DNA from: Octopus vulgaris
Taxonomy: Eukaryota
DNA length: 64,000 nucleotides
Direction: 5' to 3'
Assembly: GCA_951406725.2 (NCBI GenBank)
Contig: OX597840.1
Span: forward strand, 27,528,001 to 27,592,000
Positions 13,765 to 27,884 of this stretch are shown piece after piece. The notes below the pieces were generated by a model. It did no database searches. It was not told the DNA's origin and was given only the letters and a program-made list of their open reading frames with translations. The position numbers and the translations under genes are program-made. The stretch's first letter is position 1, and each line of letters begins with the position of its first letter.

Positions 13765-14155
13765 CTGATATGTAATCATTTCAAGATGGAAATATAAACT
13801 CCAATATTGTACCGATGATGTAAGTTAGTGGGTTTCTAATTTCTGTCACTAACGTAAATTAAGATGTTTGCTAATTAACCGGATTCCACTTTGAGTGAGA
13901 GTTGATTCATCTGCATAAAGAGCCGAGATTACAGTTTGGTCTTTGAGAGTACAGTATGGTTATATAACCATTCATATCTATCGTCTGCAGTTCAAGAATT
14001 TGGACCTGGAGATCTCCATTTCCAGCGACTTCAAGGGCCACCTCCCAGTGGTGTCGGGCGTCAACGAAGAGCCCTCGACTACAACAAGACGGCCAAAGTT
14101 TTTTTCTCCCAAGGTCTGGGGTCTCCCGCCCCAAGCCCTAGACCTTCACTTAATC
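13765..14155. repeat. ~390-bp high-complexity direct repeat, copy 2
   Basis: Co-linear with 12179-12574. Confidence 0.92.
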
Positions 14156-15107
14156 ACCCTTATCTGTATTGTTGCTTAACAACAGCAACAACAACAATAT
14201 CTATCGTCTGCTTTAAATAACTGAGTTATAATTTTTGCTTCCATGTTTATGTTATTGTACAGCAAGTATCTCGAGTTTCAGGACTCAGAACGCCGGTCAC
14301 AAGGTTTCCTTGGCGTAAAAGTGACCAAGGTTGCAATATTCCCCTTGAACGAGATGTCAGTCCACCGCAAGATCACTCGTTTCTTGTTGAGTGGACAAAA
14401 GCGACGTAAAATGAAGAATATCGTTCACGAACATAACACACCATTCGATTCGGGAACATAACACCACGCTCATGCGATTGCGATAGCAATACCCTAATCA
14501 CAAGACCACACCCGTTCAAAACCTTTCTGTAGTGAAGAGTAATGTCGTTGGATAAAAATTGGTTGTGTATCTGTTTCCACTTCGTAAAGATTTTTCATTG
14601 TAGTTCATAAAAAGAAACTTTTATTAGATTGCTTAAAGATTATTTGATCAAAGTTTATTTGGGTATTTCGGTTGTGTGATTGTGCTTACGAAATTTGTCG
14701 TTGTTGAAACGTCTGGTTCCTGTGATTCGAACTCTGTAATTTCGGATACGCAATTGCATGGTTAAATATCCAAAATATAAATTGGCGATTCATTGATTCT
14801 TGAATCGAAAAAAAAAAACCGCCGTGCATTTCATACATTTTCCAGGTTCTATTTTCAAAACGATTGTATCTTGTAAGACTTGTTGAATATACTGGGAGGT
14901 TTTGCTTAATGAGGTGCGCTATACGGTTTCGTTATCTGTCAATGTTCCGTTGTACAGGGGACTTAATAATACAGGTTGCTAGAATTCTCAACGAGAAAGT
15001 AAGAGTACAGCAATACATAATGCATCAAGACATACACATGTATGTATATATATATATCTATTTATACATACATATATATATATTTATGCATACATATGCA
15101 TACATAC

Positions 15108-15186
<79 letters not shown>

Positions 15187-15189
15187 TGT

Positions 15190-15420
15190 GGAGGCGCGTG
15201 GCTTAGTGGTTGGGGTGTCAGCATCATGATCGTAAGACCGGGCGACGCGTTGTGTTCTTGAGCAAAACACTTCATTTCACGTTGCTCAAGTTCACTCAGC
15301 TGGCAAAAATGAGTAACGCTGCGATGGACTGGCGACCCGTCCAGCTGGGGAACACATACGCTATAGATACAGGGAAACCGGGCCCATGAGACTGGCTAGG
15401 CTTTAAAAGGACGCATTTAT
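15190..15420 (+). mobile_element. tRNA-derived SINE family C (V/Meta-domain-like)
   Basis: GGAGGCGCGTGGCTTAGTGG head; GTGTTCTTGAGCAAAACACTT and GCGATGGACTGGCGACCCGTCCAG body. Related copies at 32281-32525(+) and 14275-14515(-, decayed). Confidence 0.75.
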
Positions 15421-15426
15421 TTTTTT

Positions 15427-15465
<39 letters not shown>

Positions 15466-16144
15466 AAATATATATATATAAATATATATAGCGTACTGTT
15501 TCTGATAAGATTAAGCAAAAACGTGCTGTGTCCAGTGAGAGTAAATTATCATTTAATGAATACAAGAGTTATACGCGAGTTGTTTTGAGTTTCATACTCT
15601 GAAAGAACGATATTCCTACGGGATTGTACACCATCCGGTAACCATTCAGACTGATATGAGCACTTTCCGAGCATAAAACATGAAGCAGCTCAATAGACTC
15701 TTCTGTATTCATTAAACAATATCTTTCTCTTTCTCTCTCTCTCTCTCGTTTTCTCTCTCTCTCTATCTAACTATCTATCTATCTTCATGTTTATGTGCGC
15801 GCGCGTGTTATCTCTGCGTTCGTTTTGTGTTGTACCTTTCTCTTTCTTTGCACAGCTCGATTCAAATCTATGATTTCATCGAAAGATCTTTAGCATTTTT
15901 GTTCGTTCCGTCCTCCCGCTACAACTTTCCTATACTCATTTTCGTGTGTCTGTTCGATTTTCTTGTGAAATACCCTATACTCTGCAGCTTAGATACATTG
16001 TGGGTACCGCTGCAATCAACAAAATTGTTTTAGTGTCGAAACTGCGATGATTTCCTGACGACAGCTGATGGAGAAACCAGATTCTTGCATTCAGTTTGTT
16101 TGGGTTGACTTTTCGTTTTTATTTTCCACCTGGACAACCGTTTT

Positions 16145-16260
<116 letters not shown>

Positions 16261-17474
16261 ATAACAATGTATTAGAGCAGTTCCAATGCAAGGATAAATT
16301 GATTTTAATTATATAATTAAGTCTTTATATTGTATTTTCAAATTTTGGCACAAGGCCAGCAATTTCTGGGAAGGGTATACGTCGATTACATCGACCCGGT
16401 GTTCAGCTGGAACTTATTTTATTGACCCCGAAAGGATGAAAGCCGACGTTGACCCAGTTAAGTTTTTATATATTAAAAGGCGGTGAGCTGGCAGAATCGT
16501 TAGCATACCGGAAACAATGCTTAGCGGTATTTCGTCCGTCTTTACGTTCTGCGTTCAAATCCCGACGAGGTTCACTTTGGCTTTTGTCCATTCGGGGTCG
16601 ATGAAATAAATACCAGTAACGCACTGGTGTCCATGTGACCGACTAGTCCCCCTACCCCAAACTTCAAGTCTTCTGCCTATTGTAGAAAGGATTATTAATA
16701 ATATCATAAAGACAGCGAGATGGCGGAATCGTTAGCACGCCGGACAATATGCTTAGCGGTATTTCGTCCGTCTGTACGTTCTGAGTTCAAATTCCACCGG
16801 GGTCAGCTTTACCTTGCATCGTTTCGGAGTCGATGAAATAAGTACCTGTTATGCACTGGTGTCGATGCGATCAACTTGTTCTTTTCCCAATAATTGCTGG
16901 CCCTGTTCCGAAACTTGAAACCAGTACATACAATACCTTTAACTTTCAATGAGTAGAAATTGGCCTCTTTCAAAGCTTTAACTTAAATTTGGGGGACGAA
17001 GACCCTAATTTAATGGTGTGCTTTATGAGATTCATAGGATGAAAGGGAAATCTCTTTCTAAATAAGATGCTTGTCTACGCCATGTACTTCCTTTGGCAGT
17101 CAGGTGGCCTGAGGCAACACACGTTAAAATCTTGTAGTTGTTGTTTTTGTTATTTAATCTGAAGTCAACTCAAATACATTACAACCGTGACAATCCTTCC
17201 TTTTAACTCAGACACGATGTATCAAGAAACATTTTCGACTGTGATCGGGAAATATATATATTTTTTTTGAATTCTGAAAGAAAATTATTCTGAAATATCT
17301 CAGATCAGCCTTTCTGATCCAAAAGGTCTTTCCAACCAGTCTGTGAATCCAAATGCGACCATCCCTTCTTTTATTCTCAGACATAATATATCTAAGAATA
17401 AATTAGCTACCGGGATTTGGAATATTTCGAACTCTGGAAGAAAATTTATTTGAAATATAATCTAGTTATAATCT

Positions 17475-18260
17475 GGGTGCAGGGGTGACTGTGCGACAAG
17501 AAGCTTGCTACTCAGCCACATGGTTCCAGGTTCAGTCCTACTGCGTGGCACTTTGGGTAAGTGCCTTCCTCTGTAGCCTCGGGGCTATTAAAGCCTTGTC
17601 AGTGGATTTTGTAGACGGAAACTAAAAGAAGCCTGTCGTATATATATATACAAATTAGAAAAAAAAACACCTTTTATCAATTCAAAATGAACAATTAAAT
17701 TACACCATCTAGAAAATTACATATAATAGAAATATTGAAATTACAATAACAATAAAATATCAATTATATACGTTTTTATAATATTTTTGCAATTTACTTA
17801 ATCATTGATATTTTATTGTTATTTTAATTTTAATATTTCTATTATATGTAATTTTCTAGATGGTGTAATTTAATTGTTCATATTGAATTGATAAAAGGTG
17901 TTTTTTTCTAATTTTATATATATATATATATATATTATATTGTGTGAAATTTGATTTAGTATTTCTAAGTAAAAATTTTCCCTGTACGTTTGGATTTATA
18001 TTCTCTCAAATATATAGATGAGTGTGTGTGTGTATGTGTGTGTTTATGTGCAAGTGAATGTCTTTATGTCCATATCTTTCCTTCGCTTGACAATCGATGC
18101 TGGTGTGTAACTTAGCAGTTCGGCAAAATACACCGATAGAATAAGTACGACGCTTACAAAGATTAAGTCTTGGGGTCGATTTCTTCGACAAAAAAAAAAC
18201 CAAAGTACTGCTCCAGGATGGCCACAGTCAAATGACTGAAACAAGTAAAAGAATAAAAGA
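17475..18260 (+). mobile_element. SINE family A interrupted at its internal (TA)n by an inverted-repeat insert
   Basis: 5' half at 17475-17650 and 3' half at ~18060-18260, with foreign sequence 17651-18010 between them. Confidence 0.75.
17651..18010. mobile_element. AT-rich ~115-bp-arm inverted repeat in (TA)n, probable Penelope-like inverted end
   Basis: 17651-17765 pairs with ~17804-17915 (e.g. ACACCTTTTATCAATTCAA / TTGAATTGATAAAAGGTGT); sits inside the (TA)n of a SINE. Confidence 0.65.
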
Positions 18261-20092
18261 AATGTTGATTAACCTCAAATCAATCGCCCTAATTCAGGAG
18301 ATCTTCAAAGTCAATCTGTAAATCCAACCGTGACCACTGCGTCTCTCCGGCATAGTATAGCCGCTCCATTCCTCAGCCAGCTTTAAGGACAACCCAGATC
18401 TATTCTAATTTACATTGTTCAAATTGTCAAAATGTTTCGATTATTTGATCTTACTGAAATTATCTCCCTTGTTTGCTTTGTTTCTTTTCAGAATTAGATC
18501 TTAAGAACCCACAGAAGAAGTTTGTCTCCCAATGTTTTGAACGATCTCGATTAATCATAGTTTTTCAACTCACTATATTGCTTATTTTTCCACTTTACTC
18601 GTATTTAAAAAAATCTCGAAAGACCCATCCCCGACCGCAAAAAAACCCCCAAAACGTAAGTGCTAAACCACGTAAGGTGTACGTCCTTTTGTGAACACAG
18701 TATTTAAGCTCATCATTGGTCTGTATTTGTGGCAAGGTTGGCAGTTTTGCTCGTATTACAACTGACATAATTTTCATGGTTTTGTTTGAAACGGATGAAT
18801 TTAAATTTAAATTTAAAAGCAAGGCCTACTCCACTATACTTTACAAATATTGAAACCGGTTAGATAATCACTAGTTTGTTTGAAACAGACGTATTTATAT
18901 TTAAAAGAAGAACTCTCCGTTAAATTTCGCTAATACTACAACATACATGATTTCCAGTGATTTGTTTGAAGTGGTCGTATTCAAAGAATTAAGGAAAAGA
19001 AAAGAAAAAATCTTTCTCCAATTTTTTTCGCTAATATTGTTACTTGCAAGATTTTCGGTGGATTTTTGAGAGAGACTTTACAAAAAATAACAAATAAAAT
19101 AAAAAATAAATATAAAACTGCTCCAAAACTTTTAAGCTCTGATGCTTGAGTTATTTGATTCCGAAGAGTTTTGGTTATTTTCGAAGCATTTTCAGTAAAG
19201 ATTAATCATATTTAACGATACAAATATTATCAGCTGAAAAATGAAAACCTGTCTGTAATCTTACTGCATTTTAATTTAACTGTTCGTTTTTTATTCTTCG
19301 TGGAAAATTGTTTCAAGAGCAAAACGTAAAAGACAGACAAAGTGAAAGAGAATTAGAGAGAGATAGAGTGTGAGTATGAACGAGAGTAAGAGAAAGATTG
19401 AATGAGAGAGGTTCCGTTCCGGGTTCTATAGTACTGAAGAGACTTCGATAATATCAGAAACAGATAGACTAACAGAAGAACTAACCGTTTTTCCGTGAGT
19501 ACAATAGGAAAGAAGTAGAGCAGTTTGAGGGATAACAATAACAACAGCAGCAACAATAATATTAACAACAATAACAACAACAACAACAGTGATCGACCGC
19601 TTTCTCATATATGTATTGAAAAATACACACATGCACACTTACTGATATATATATATACATTAGCGCTTACCAAAAGTCTTGGTACTGAAAATGTCTTATG
19701 ATATATGTTGTATATTATATATTATATATATATATATTCTTTTCTTTAAATGCAGGAGACAAAATTACGAAAGAATAAAAAAAAATGAAATTAAAATAAG
19801 GAATTGAAAAATAATTATTATAAAAAAAATATTAAAAAAAAAAGAAAAGCAGAGGAATTGGAAGGAAGAGACGCAGTGAGGGATTGAAACAGAGACAAAG
19901 TGACACAGAGGTAGGTAGGTAGGTAGGTAGTTAAGGAGGGAGGGAGGGAAGGATAAAATCAAGGGAAAGGTAGATAAATAAATAGATAGATGGGCTTGTA
20001 CTGTTAAGTCTGATGGGCTTACAGTGGATAGTTTGATAGGTATATAAATATGCATATACATATATATATATACTTATATATATATACATATA

Positions 20093-20279
<187 letters not shown>

Positions 20280-22058
20280 GTGTAGAGAGAGAGGGGGAGG
20301 GAGAGGAGATATATAGTGAATAGACAGACAGATCAGTTCACTTAGGGAAACGTTTTTCGTGTTGTTGCCGTTGTTATTGTTGTTTTTCATAAAAAAATCA
20401 TATAAAATAAACAAACAAAATTATTAAATAAACAAATAATATGAAAAAGGTTTTTTTTTTCTTTCAAAAAAATATTGTAAAAAAAAAAAAAAATTGAAAA
20501 CGAAAATATATAAAAAACAAGAAAAAATAGAAAATAAATATTTAACAAAAAAAAAAAAATTAATTAAAAAATGAAAATGTAAAATGAAAATGAATAAAAA
20601 AAAAATAATAACCAACGCCAAACAGAAAAGAACAACATTAAAACCTTGAATTTCAAAATGACTGACTGAAAAAATACATCACTGCTGGGATGATTAATTA
20701 ATTATTCGATTTGAGTTCAAGCTTCACGGAGCTTCAGTTATGAACACAGTTTGTTGTTGTTGTTGTTTTTTGATATTTTTGTTGTCATTTTTCTTAATAG
20801 AGAGTTTAATAGAAAGTCCATCAATTCATGTAACAGAGATGAGCCAAGGGAATTTAGGGTGATTTTTTTTTTATGGGAGGAGGGGCACAAACTTTTTTTA
20901 TGTATATATTTATATATATATATATATTCGTTTTTTTCTCTTGTTTATTTTGCTTTGTTTTGTTTTGTTTTGTTTTTTTATTTTGTTCTGGAAAAAAATT
21001 GTGCTTCTGTTGGGTCCAGGTTCGAGTTGAGAGTTGTTCGAATATGCTTTGTTTTTGTTTTTGTTTTTGTTTTTCCTTTTGCTCGATTACGTTTCGTTTA
21101 TATTTAATATTTATACTTTTTGTTTTATTTATTTTGTTATCTGTTTCGAGATTTGATTTGAGTGATAGTTTTTGTAAATCTGAATGAGGGGTCAGTTTCG
21201 AGTTTGTATGAGTGATGCGTTCTTCGGAATATGGCCGAGTGAAGGACAATCGAAGATTTGATTGGTTGAAAGTAAATTTGCAATGTAGCTGAGTGACGAT
21301 TTAGTTGAGAAAAATGAATTATTTTGGAATTTAATGGAATGAAGATTTTTTCTTTTTTTTTCCATTTGGTGATTTCATTGGTTGAAGGAAGGTTGGTTCC
21401 GCAGTTGATCAAATGACAGTCTCTTTGGAATATCGCTGAATGAAGAATTTGAAAGATTTGATTGGTTGAATGTTTGAATATGGTGAGTGAGTTTTTGGAG
21501 GTTTGTATGAGTGAGTTTTTGGAGGTTTGTATGAGTGAGAGTTTCTTTGGAACATGATCGAATAAAGAATGCGAGATGTTTGTTCGGTGAAGGTTAGTTT
21601 GGAAGTTGGGTAAATGGAAATGGAAGATTTGGTTTGTTCAAAGTCGTATTTCTTTAATTTTTGTTAAGAATGAGGCTAGAGAAAGAGTTAAGAAAATTTG
21701 GTGTAAGAGAGTCTCTTTTATAACACGGTTCAATAAAGAATTTTTGAATAATTGCTTGATTTGTTTATAGACTGGGCTGAGAATGGGAGAGAGAATCAGA
21801 GAGAAGAAGAGAGGAAATGAGAAGTAAAAAGGAGAGAGAGAATTTGAGATTTAGTTCTTTATTCATTTAGTTCTTTATTCATTCTTTGAGTTCATATTTT
21901 CTTCATTTTCATTATTTAAGTTGTAAAGTTATTTTTAAATGTGATGGAAATAAATATATTTTCTTAAAATTTTGGTCTGGTTTTTTAAGAATTATTATCC
22001 ATTTCTTCCTAATATTGTTTTTGCTTTTCTGATTGTTTCTTATGTAACTATTATAACA

Positions 22059-22138
<80 letters not shown>

Positions 22139-22214
22139 AGTAAATACATATATGTATGATATATATATATAATACATACATATATATATGTGTATATATA
22201 TATATACATATATA

Positions 22215-22268
<54 letters not shown>

Positions 22269-22544
22269 AAATATATATATATATATATATATAATACATA
22301 CATATATATGTAGGTAGGTATATATATGTGTGTGTATGGTTTTTTTTACGTGGATAAGTTTGACAATGGTGTCTGAAACAAAGGCGACTATGCTATGGCA
22401 AAAATTTGAAATTACTGTCGACCTGTGTGTATATCAGAGCGCGCGCGCGTGCGCTGCGAGGGAGAGGTGGGGGGAATAAGCGTAATTTTGTATTGCGAGA
22501 TAATTAATATCAGTTGGCTGTGTATTATATATAACTATACATAC

Positions 22545-22629
<85 letters not shown>

Positions 22630-22688
22630 CATGCTTATATATATGTATGCATATAAATGCTTATACATTCACACATACACACACATAC

Positions 22689-22739
<51 letters not shown>

Positions 22740-24368
22740 TATATACACGAAAAAATATGTATATTTAAATGCGTATCATTTAAAAGCGTTACTTCGCAGT
22801 ATCGACATCTACTTCTCATCACACATACATATATTTCTCAATCTCTCTCTCTCTCTCAGCACACGCACGCGCACTCTGTTATACACATTAATAATCCATG
22901 AAATGCGTCCTATCGACAAGTGTAAACAAATTTCCCAAAGCATCACATACACACTCAAACGCATCTACATTGAAACACACATACAGGCACACACACACAG
23001 AGAATAAAATAATCAGCAAGTTTATGAGAGAGAGGAGGAGGAAGAGAGAAGGAAACATACATATATAAACACATATATATGCATGTATGCGTGTGCATAT
23101 ACATACATATATATATATGTGAAAGAAAAGATTATAATAATTTTAATAACACCATCTCATGAACGTTTCATACGTATAATGTCTTTATTGGTAACACAAA
23201 TGAAAATTACGTAATCCACATTCGCTACCATATCGTCAGACGTGTAATTATTAAACGTAATATAGTTGTAGAGAAGATAGGACAGTAGTAGCGATCGGAG
23301 AGATGGCTTGTGACTCCCGGATGTCTACTATTATTGTTACGTGTCCTCCCAACAATACCATATGTATATAAAAATGCTATGTATGTAAATGCTGACTTAC
23401 ATGTTTTACAATAAATGCAATCTCTGATCCTTAAAAAAAAATTCCTATGCGATATTGTAAATTTTTTAAGTATAGCTATGTCATTATTTGTATTTGCAGT
23501 TTGAAACACATATTTATATGTCTTTATATACTTATATATTTATTTGTTTGTTTTACTTTGTCAGTGGGTATTTTTTCCGAAATAGAAAGAAATACTAAAT
23601 TATAATAGTATTTAATGTTTTTAAAAAGCTTTCAATCATATTTTAGTGTCTGTCCCATATCACAACGCTGCAAACGAACGACTGCACTTTTCTCATTTTT
23701 ATTATATGACAGTCTAACCGACATCTCTCTTTCTCTCGTTCACCCTTGATGAAGAGCAAGGAACCGTAACGTTAGGTTATCACTCCTCTTGGCATGGCCT
23801 GTATTTGAACCTCTACTTCACACTTCCCTGGAATTGAGCTCTTTCTCGTGAATACTCTCCAGTTTTTTCAGATATTTGATTTCGCCCTATGCCTGGATAT
23901 ATACATGACGATACGTGCATGTATGTGTGTGTGAGTGTGTGTGTGAGTGTGTGTGTGAGTGTGTGTATGTGTGTGTTATTGACTATCGATATGAATGGAT
24001 GGGTGACGCATTTTATTTATGTTCATGCATGTGTGTTGGTGTTATCGTTTTGAGCAGATAAATCCTTGTATTTAGGAGAGGTAGGTATAAAGTTATGATA
24101 ATAATAATAATCATAATAATAATAATAACAATAATGAAATTAATAATTTTGGCACAAGTAGAGCACGTTTAAGAAAAGGGCTAGTCGAATTCACCGATTC
24201 CAGTACTTGACTGGTACTTTATTTTATCGAACCCCAAAAAGGACGAATAGTAAAGTTGACTCTGACGGCATTTGAACTCATTTGAGAATGTAAAGAACCG
24301 GAAGAAATGCGGTTAATCGCATTGACCGGCACGCTACAGATTCTGCCAGTTCACCTCCATCAATAATG

Positions 24369-24433
<65 letters not shown>

Positions 24434-24522
24434 TATAATAATAATAATAATCATAATAATAATAATGATAATAATAATAATAAACGACGACGATGATGAT
24501 GATGAGGATGATGATGATGATG

Positions 24523-24553
<31 letters not shown>

Positions 24554-24671
24554 CAACGACGACGTAATGAAAATCTTGATAATTATAATAATGGAAAATA
24601 CCAAATATAATGACATAAACACATACACACACACACACACATATATATATATACATATACATTTATACTGT

Positions 24672-24706
<35 letters not shown>

Positions 24707-24772
24707 GTAGGTAGGTAGGTAGATAGATAGATAGATAGATAGATAGACAGATAGATAGATAGATAGATAGAC

Positions 24773-24854
<82 letters not shown>

Positions 24855-26985
24855 GTAATGAATATGCGTCTATCTACATTTAATGTCTCGACGGAAAAGG
24901 TCAAGTTTAACCACATTGCATCGTGATTATTCCTACGAGTTTCTAGCCGTTTCGCCGGCGATTATAAAAATGAGAACGTTTAATTCGTTATATAAAATAT
25001 TTATTGTAAAATATTTGAGCAATATATTAAATGTTGTGCTGTTGAAACTGAATTGAGATGATGAATGTAAAAGAATGAAAATATTATCCTCGCTTGAAAA
25101 ACGGAAGTAGAGTTTGGTATTTAGAAATGGATGGAAAAACAAAAAACCAATGCATAAAGCATAATATATATATATGTATATATATATATATAAATATGTA
25201 TATATATATCTGTGTGTATATATATGTATATATATGCATATATGTCTATATATGTCTATATATATGTATGTATATATGTATATATATGCATATATGTCTA
25301 TATATGTCTATATATATGTATGTATATATGTATATATATATATGATCTTTTTTTTCAGCTAGACATCTTCAGGAAAAAAAAAATATATATGTGTATATAT
25401 ATATGCGTGTGTATCTATATATGTGTGTATATATGTATGTATATATATATATATATATGATCTTTTTTTTCAGCTAGACAGCTTCAGGAAAAAGAAATAT
25501 ATATATGTATATATATATGTATTTATATAAATATACATATATATATAACTTCTAAAATATTGAATTTATATTGAGATTATTGTTTTCTTTCTTTAATTTG
25601 CGGCCTATATAGAGACGACGGTCATATCATGAACGGTCGTGAGTTGGACAAAATGGAAATAGTATCATACAGAAATAGTATTCGGAGAAATATGCTTTTG
25701 AGGTTTACTATGTTTACCAACGCAAAGTTAATTTTCGGGAAATTTTAAATTAGAGACTAATCGATCGCTACGTTTTAGAAAATCTAATGAAAATTTATCT
25801 TATGTAAACACGTACTCGAATCACCCCATCTCCGTTGAATGAAATTTCGTCACCAACTTTTGACAATACATTTCCTCTCTAACTTCAAATGCAGGTTTAT
25901 TAATTAATGCTTTGCTTAAGGGCGGTGAACCGGCATAATCCTTAACACGTTTTTTGAAATGTCCCACGGTTCTACATTCTGATTCCAAATGTGGCTGAGG
26001 TCAATTATGTCTTTTATCGATCTTGGTTTGATTAAATAATGTAACAGTTATGTACTATAGCAAATTTAATCGATTAATCACTTCTTACAAATTTGCAGGA
26101 TTGGGCCTAAATTACGAAACTTTATTATGACCTGGCAATTTGCAACAGCGGCTCCAGAGACAAAACACATTACTTAGTCCCTAATAGTGTTTCCAAGCGT
26201 AAAAATTAACTACGGAGTATACAATAGAATCATGTAGGTTTTAGTTGAAACGTCTCAATGCATAAATCAATAGAGACGTCTGAAAGTTATTCCCTTAATT
26301 TTCTACTAAGTCATAGATAGCAAAGCACTTTAATACAAAGTCCATTAAGATAAGGCTATTCTTGTAAAATTTTACTAGCTCCATTAACCATTTCAATTTC
26401 GGGAAGCGTTTCAACAACAATAATGTAAAAACACCAATAAATAATAACAAAGTTTATCATCCTGCATCTAACTGCATCATCCTCATCAATTTCCCTTTTG
26501 ATGCTAGTTATCTTATAAGTCTATTGTATTAAAATCCTTACCGGCAATATCAGTGCCTTCATAAATTATATCAGCCCAAAGTTCGCTCTTATCAATATCT
26601 TTATATATTTAAGAATCCCTAACGAAAACTTGTCATAAGCCTCTGTAAACATAGTTTTTTTTTTTAAGAAAACGACATAGGATTTGCGGCATTTAAAATT
26701 TAATAAATTTCCCTTAATCATATTAGTCTGTATACTCTTTACTCTTTTACTCTTTTACTTGTTTCAGTCATTTGACTGCGGCCATGCTGGAGCACCGCCT
26801 TTAGTAGAGTTTTAGTGAGTTGAGGACGATTTAACTGCTATTTCTAGCAACTGTTGTGAATATCTACAAGTACTCTCACGCACTGTCTCTCTCTCCCTCT
26901 TTCTCGCTCTCGCTGTCTCTGACCGAAAGCAAATGCTAAGTAATAGTAGAAGAGGAAGAAGTAGTGGTAGTAGTTGTATTAGTAT

Positions 26986-27032
<47 letters not shown>

Positions 27033-27142
27033 TCAGCAGTTGTTGTTGTATTTATATATGTAAATGAGTGACAAAAATAAATTTAATGAAATGAATATCG
27101 TGGAGTTAGTGATGACAATGATAATAATAATAATAATAATAA

Positions 27143-27180
<38 letters not shown>

Positions 27181-27349
27181 AAATTAATTAATTAAATTAA
27201 ATTATTAGAAGTATAATAATATGCTACTAATAAATTATATTAATATATTATAAATATTAAGCTTAATATAATCAACGTACTATACATATATATATATCTT
27301 ATACCATATTACACACACATACATATACAGCTATCTGTCTGTCTGTCTG

Positions 27350-27469
<120 letters not shown>

Positions 27470-27603
27470 TAAATACGAGGGGTGTATGAAAAGTATTGAG
27501 CCTTCAAGTGTTGTACCTTCATCAGAAGTCTTGTATGATGCTTTCTTTTTTTTAGGCTCATCATCATTTCATCATTATTGCATTAAAGTCGATGATATAT
27601 ATA

Positions 27604-27639
<36 letters not shown>

Positions 27640-27792
27640 TGTATGTATGTATGTATGTATGTATGTATGTATGTATGTGTGCGTGTATATATATATATGC
27701 ATGTATATATATATATGCATGTATATATATGTATATATATGCATTTATATATGTATATATATATTTAAAAAAGGAGATGTGGAACACGAGTT

Positions 27793-27842
<50 letters not shown>

Positions 27843-27843
27843 C

Positions 27844-27884
<41 letters not shown>

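Noticed and set aside
12179-14155. Twin cassette as a DGR template/variable-repeat pair or a solo-LTR pair
   Set aside because: Differences are indels rather than adenine-specific substitutions, there is no RT nearby, and I saw no TG..CA termini, PBS/PPT or TSD.
25130-25510. Duplicated GATCTTTTTTTCAGCTAGACA..CTTCAGGAAAAA block and 56-bp TA-rich tandem
   Set aside because: Explained by ordinary slippage duplication within a (TA)n field.
27474-27510. TA-CGAGGGGTGTATGAAAAGT, resembling a mariner terminal repeat
   Set aside because: No matching opposite end or transposase found; too short to call.
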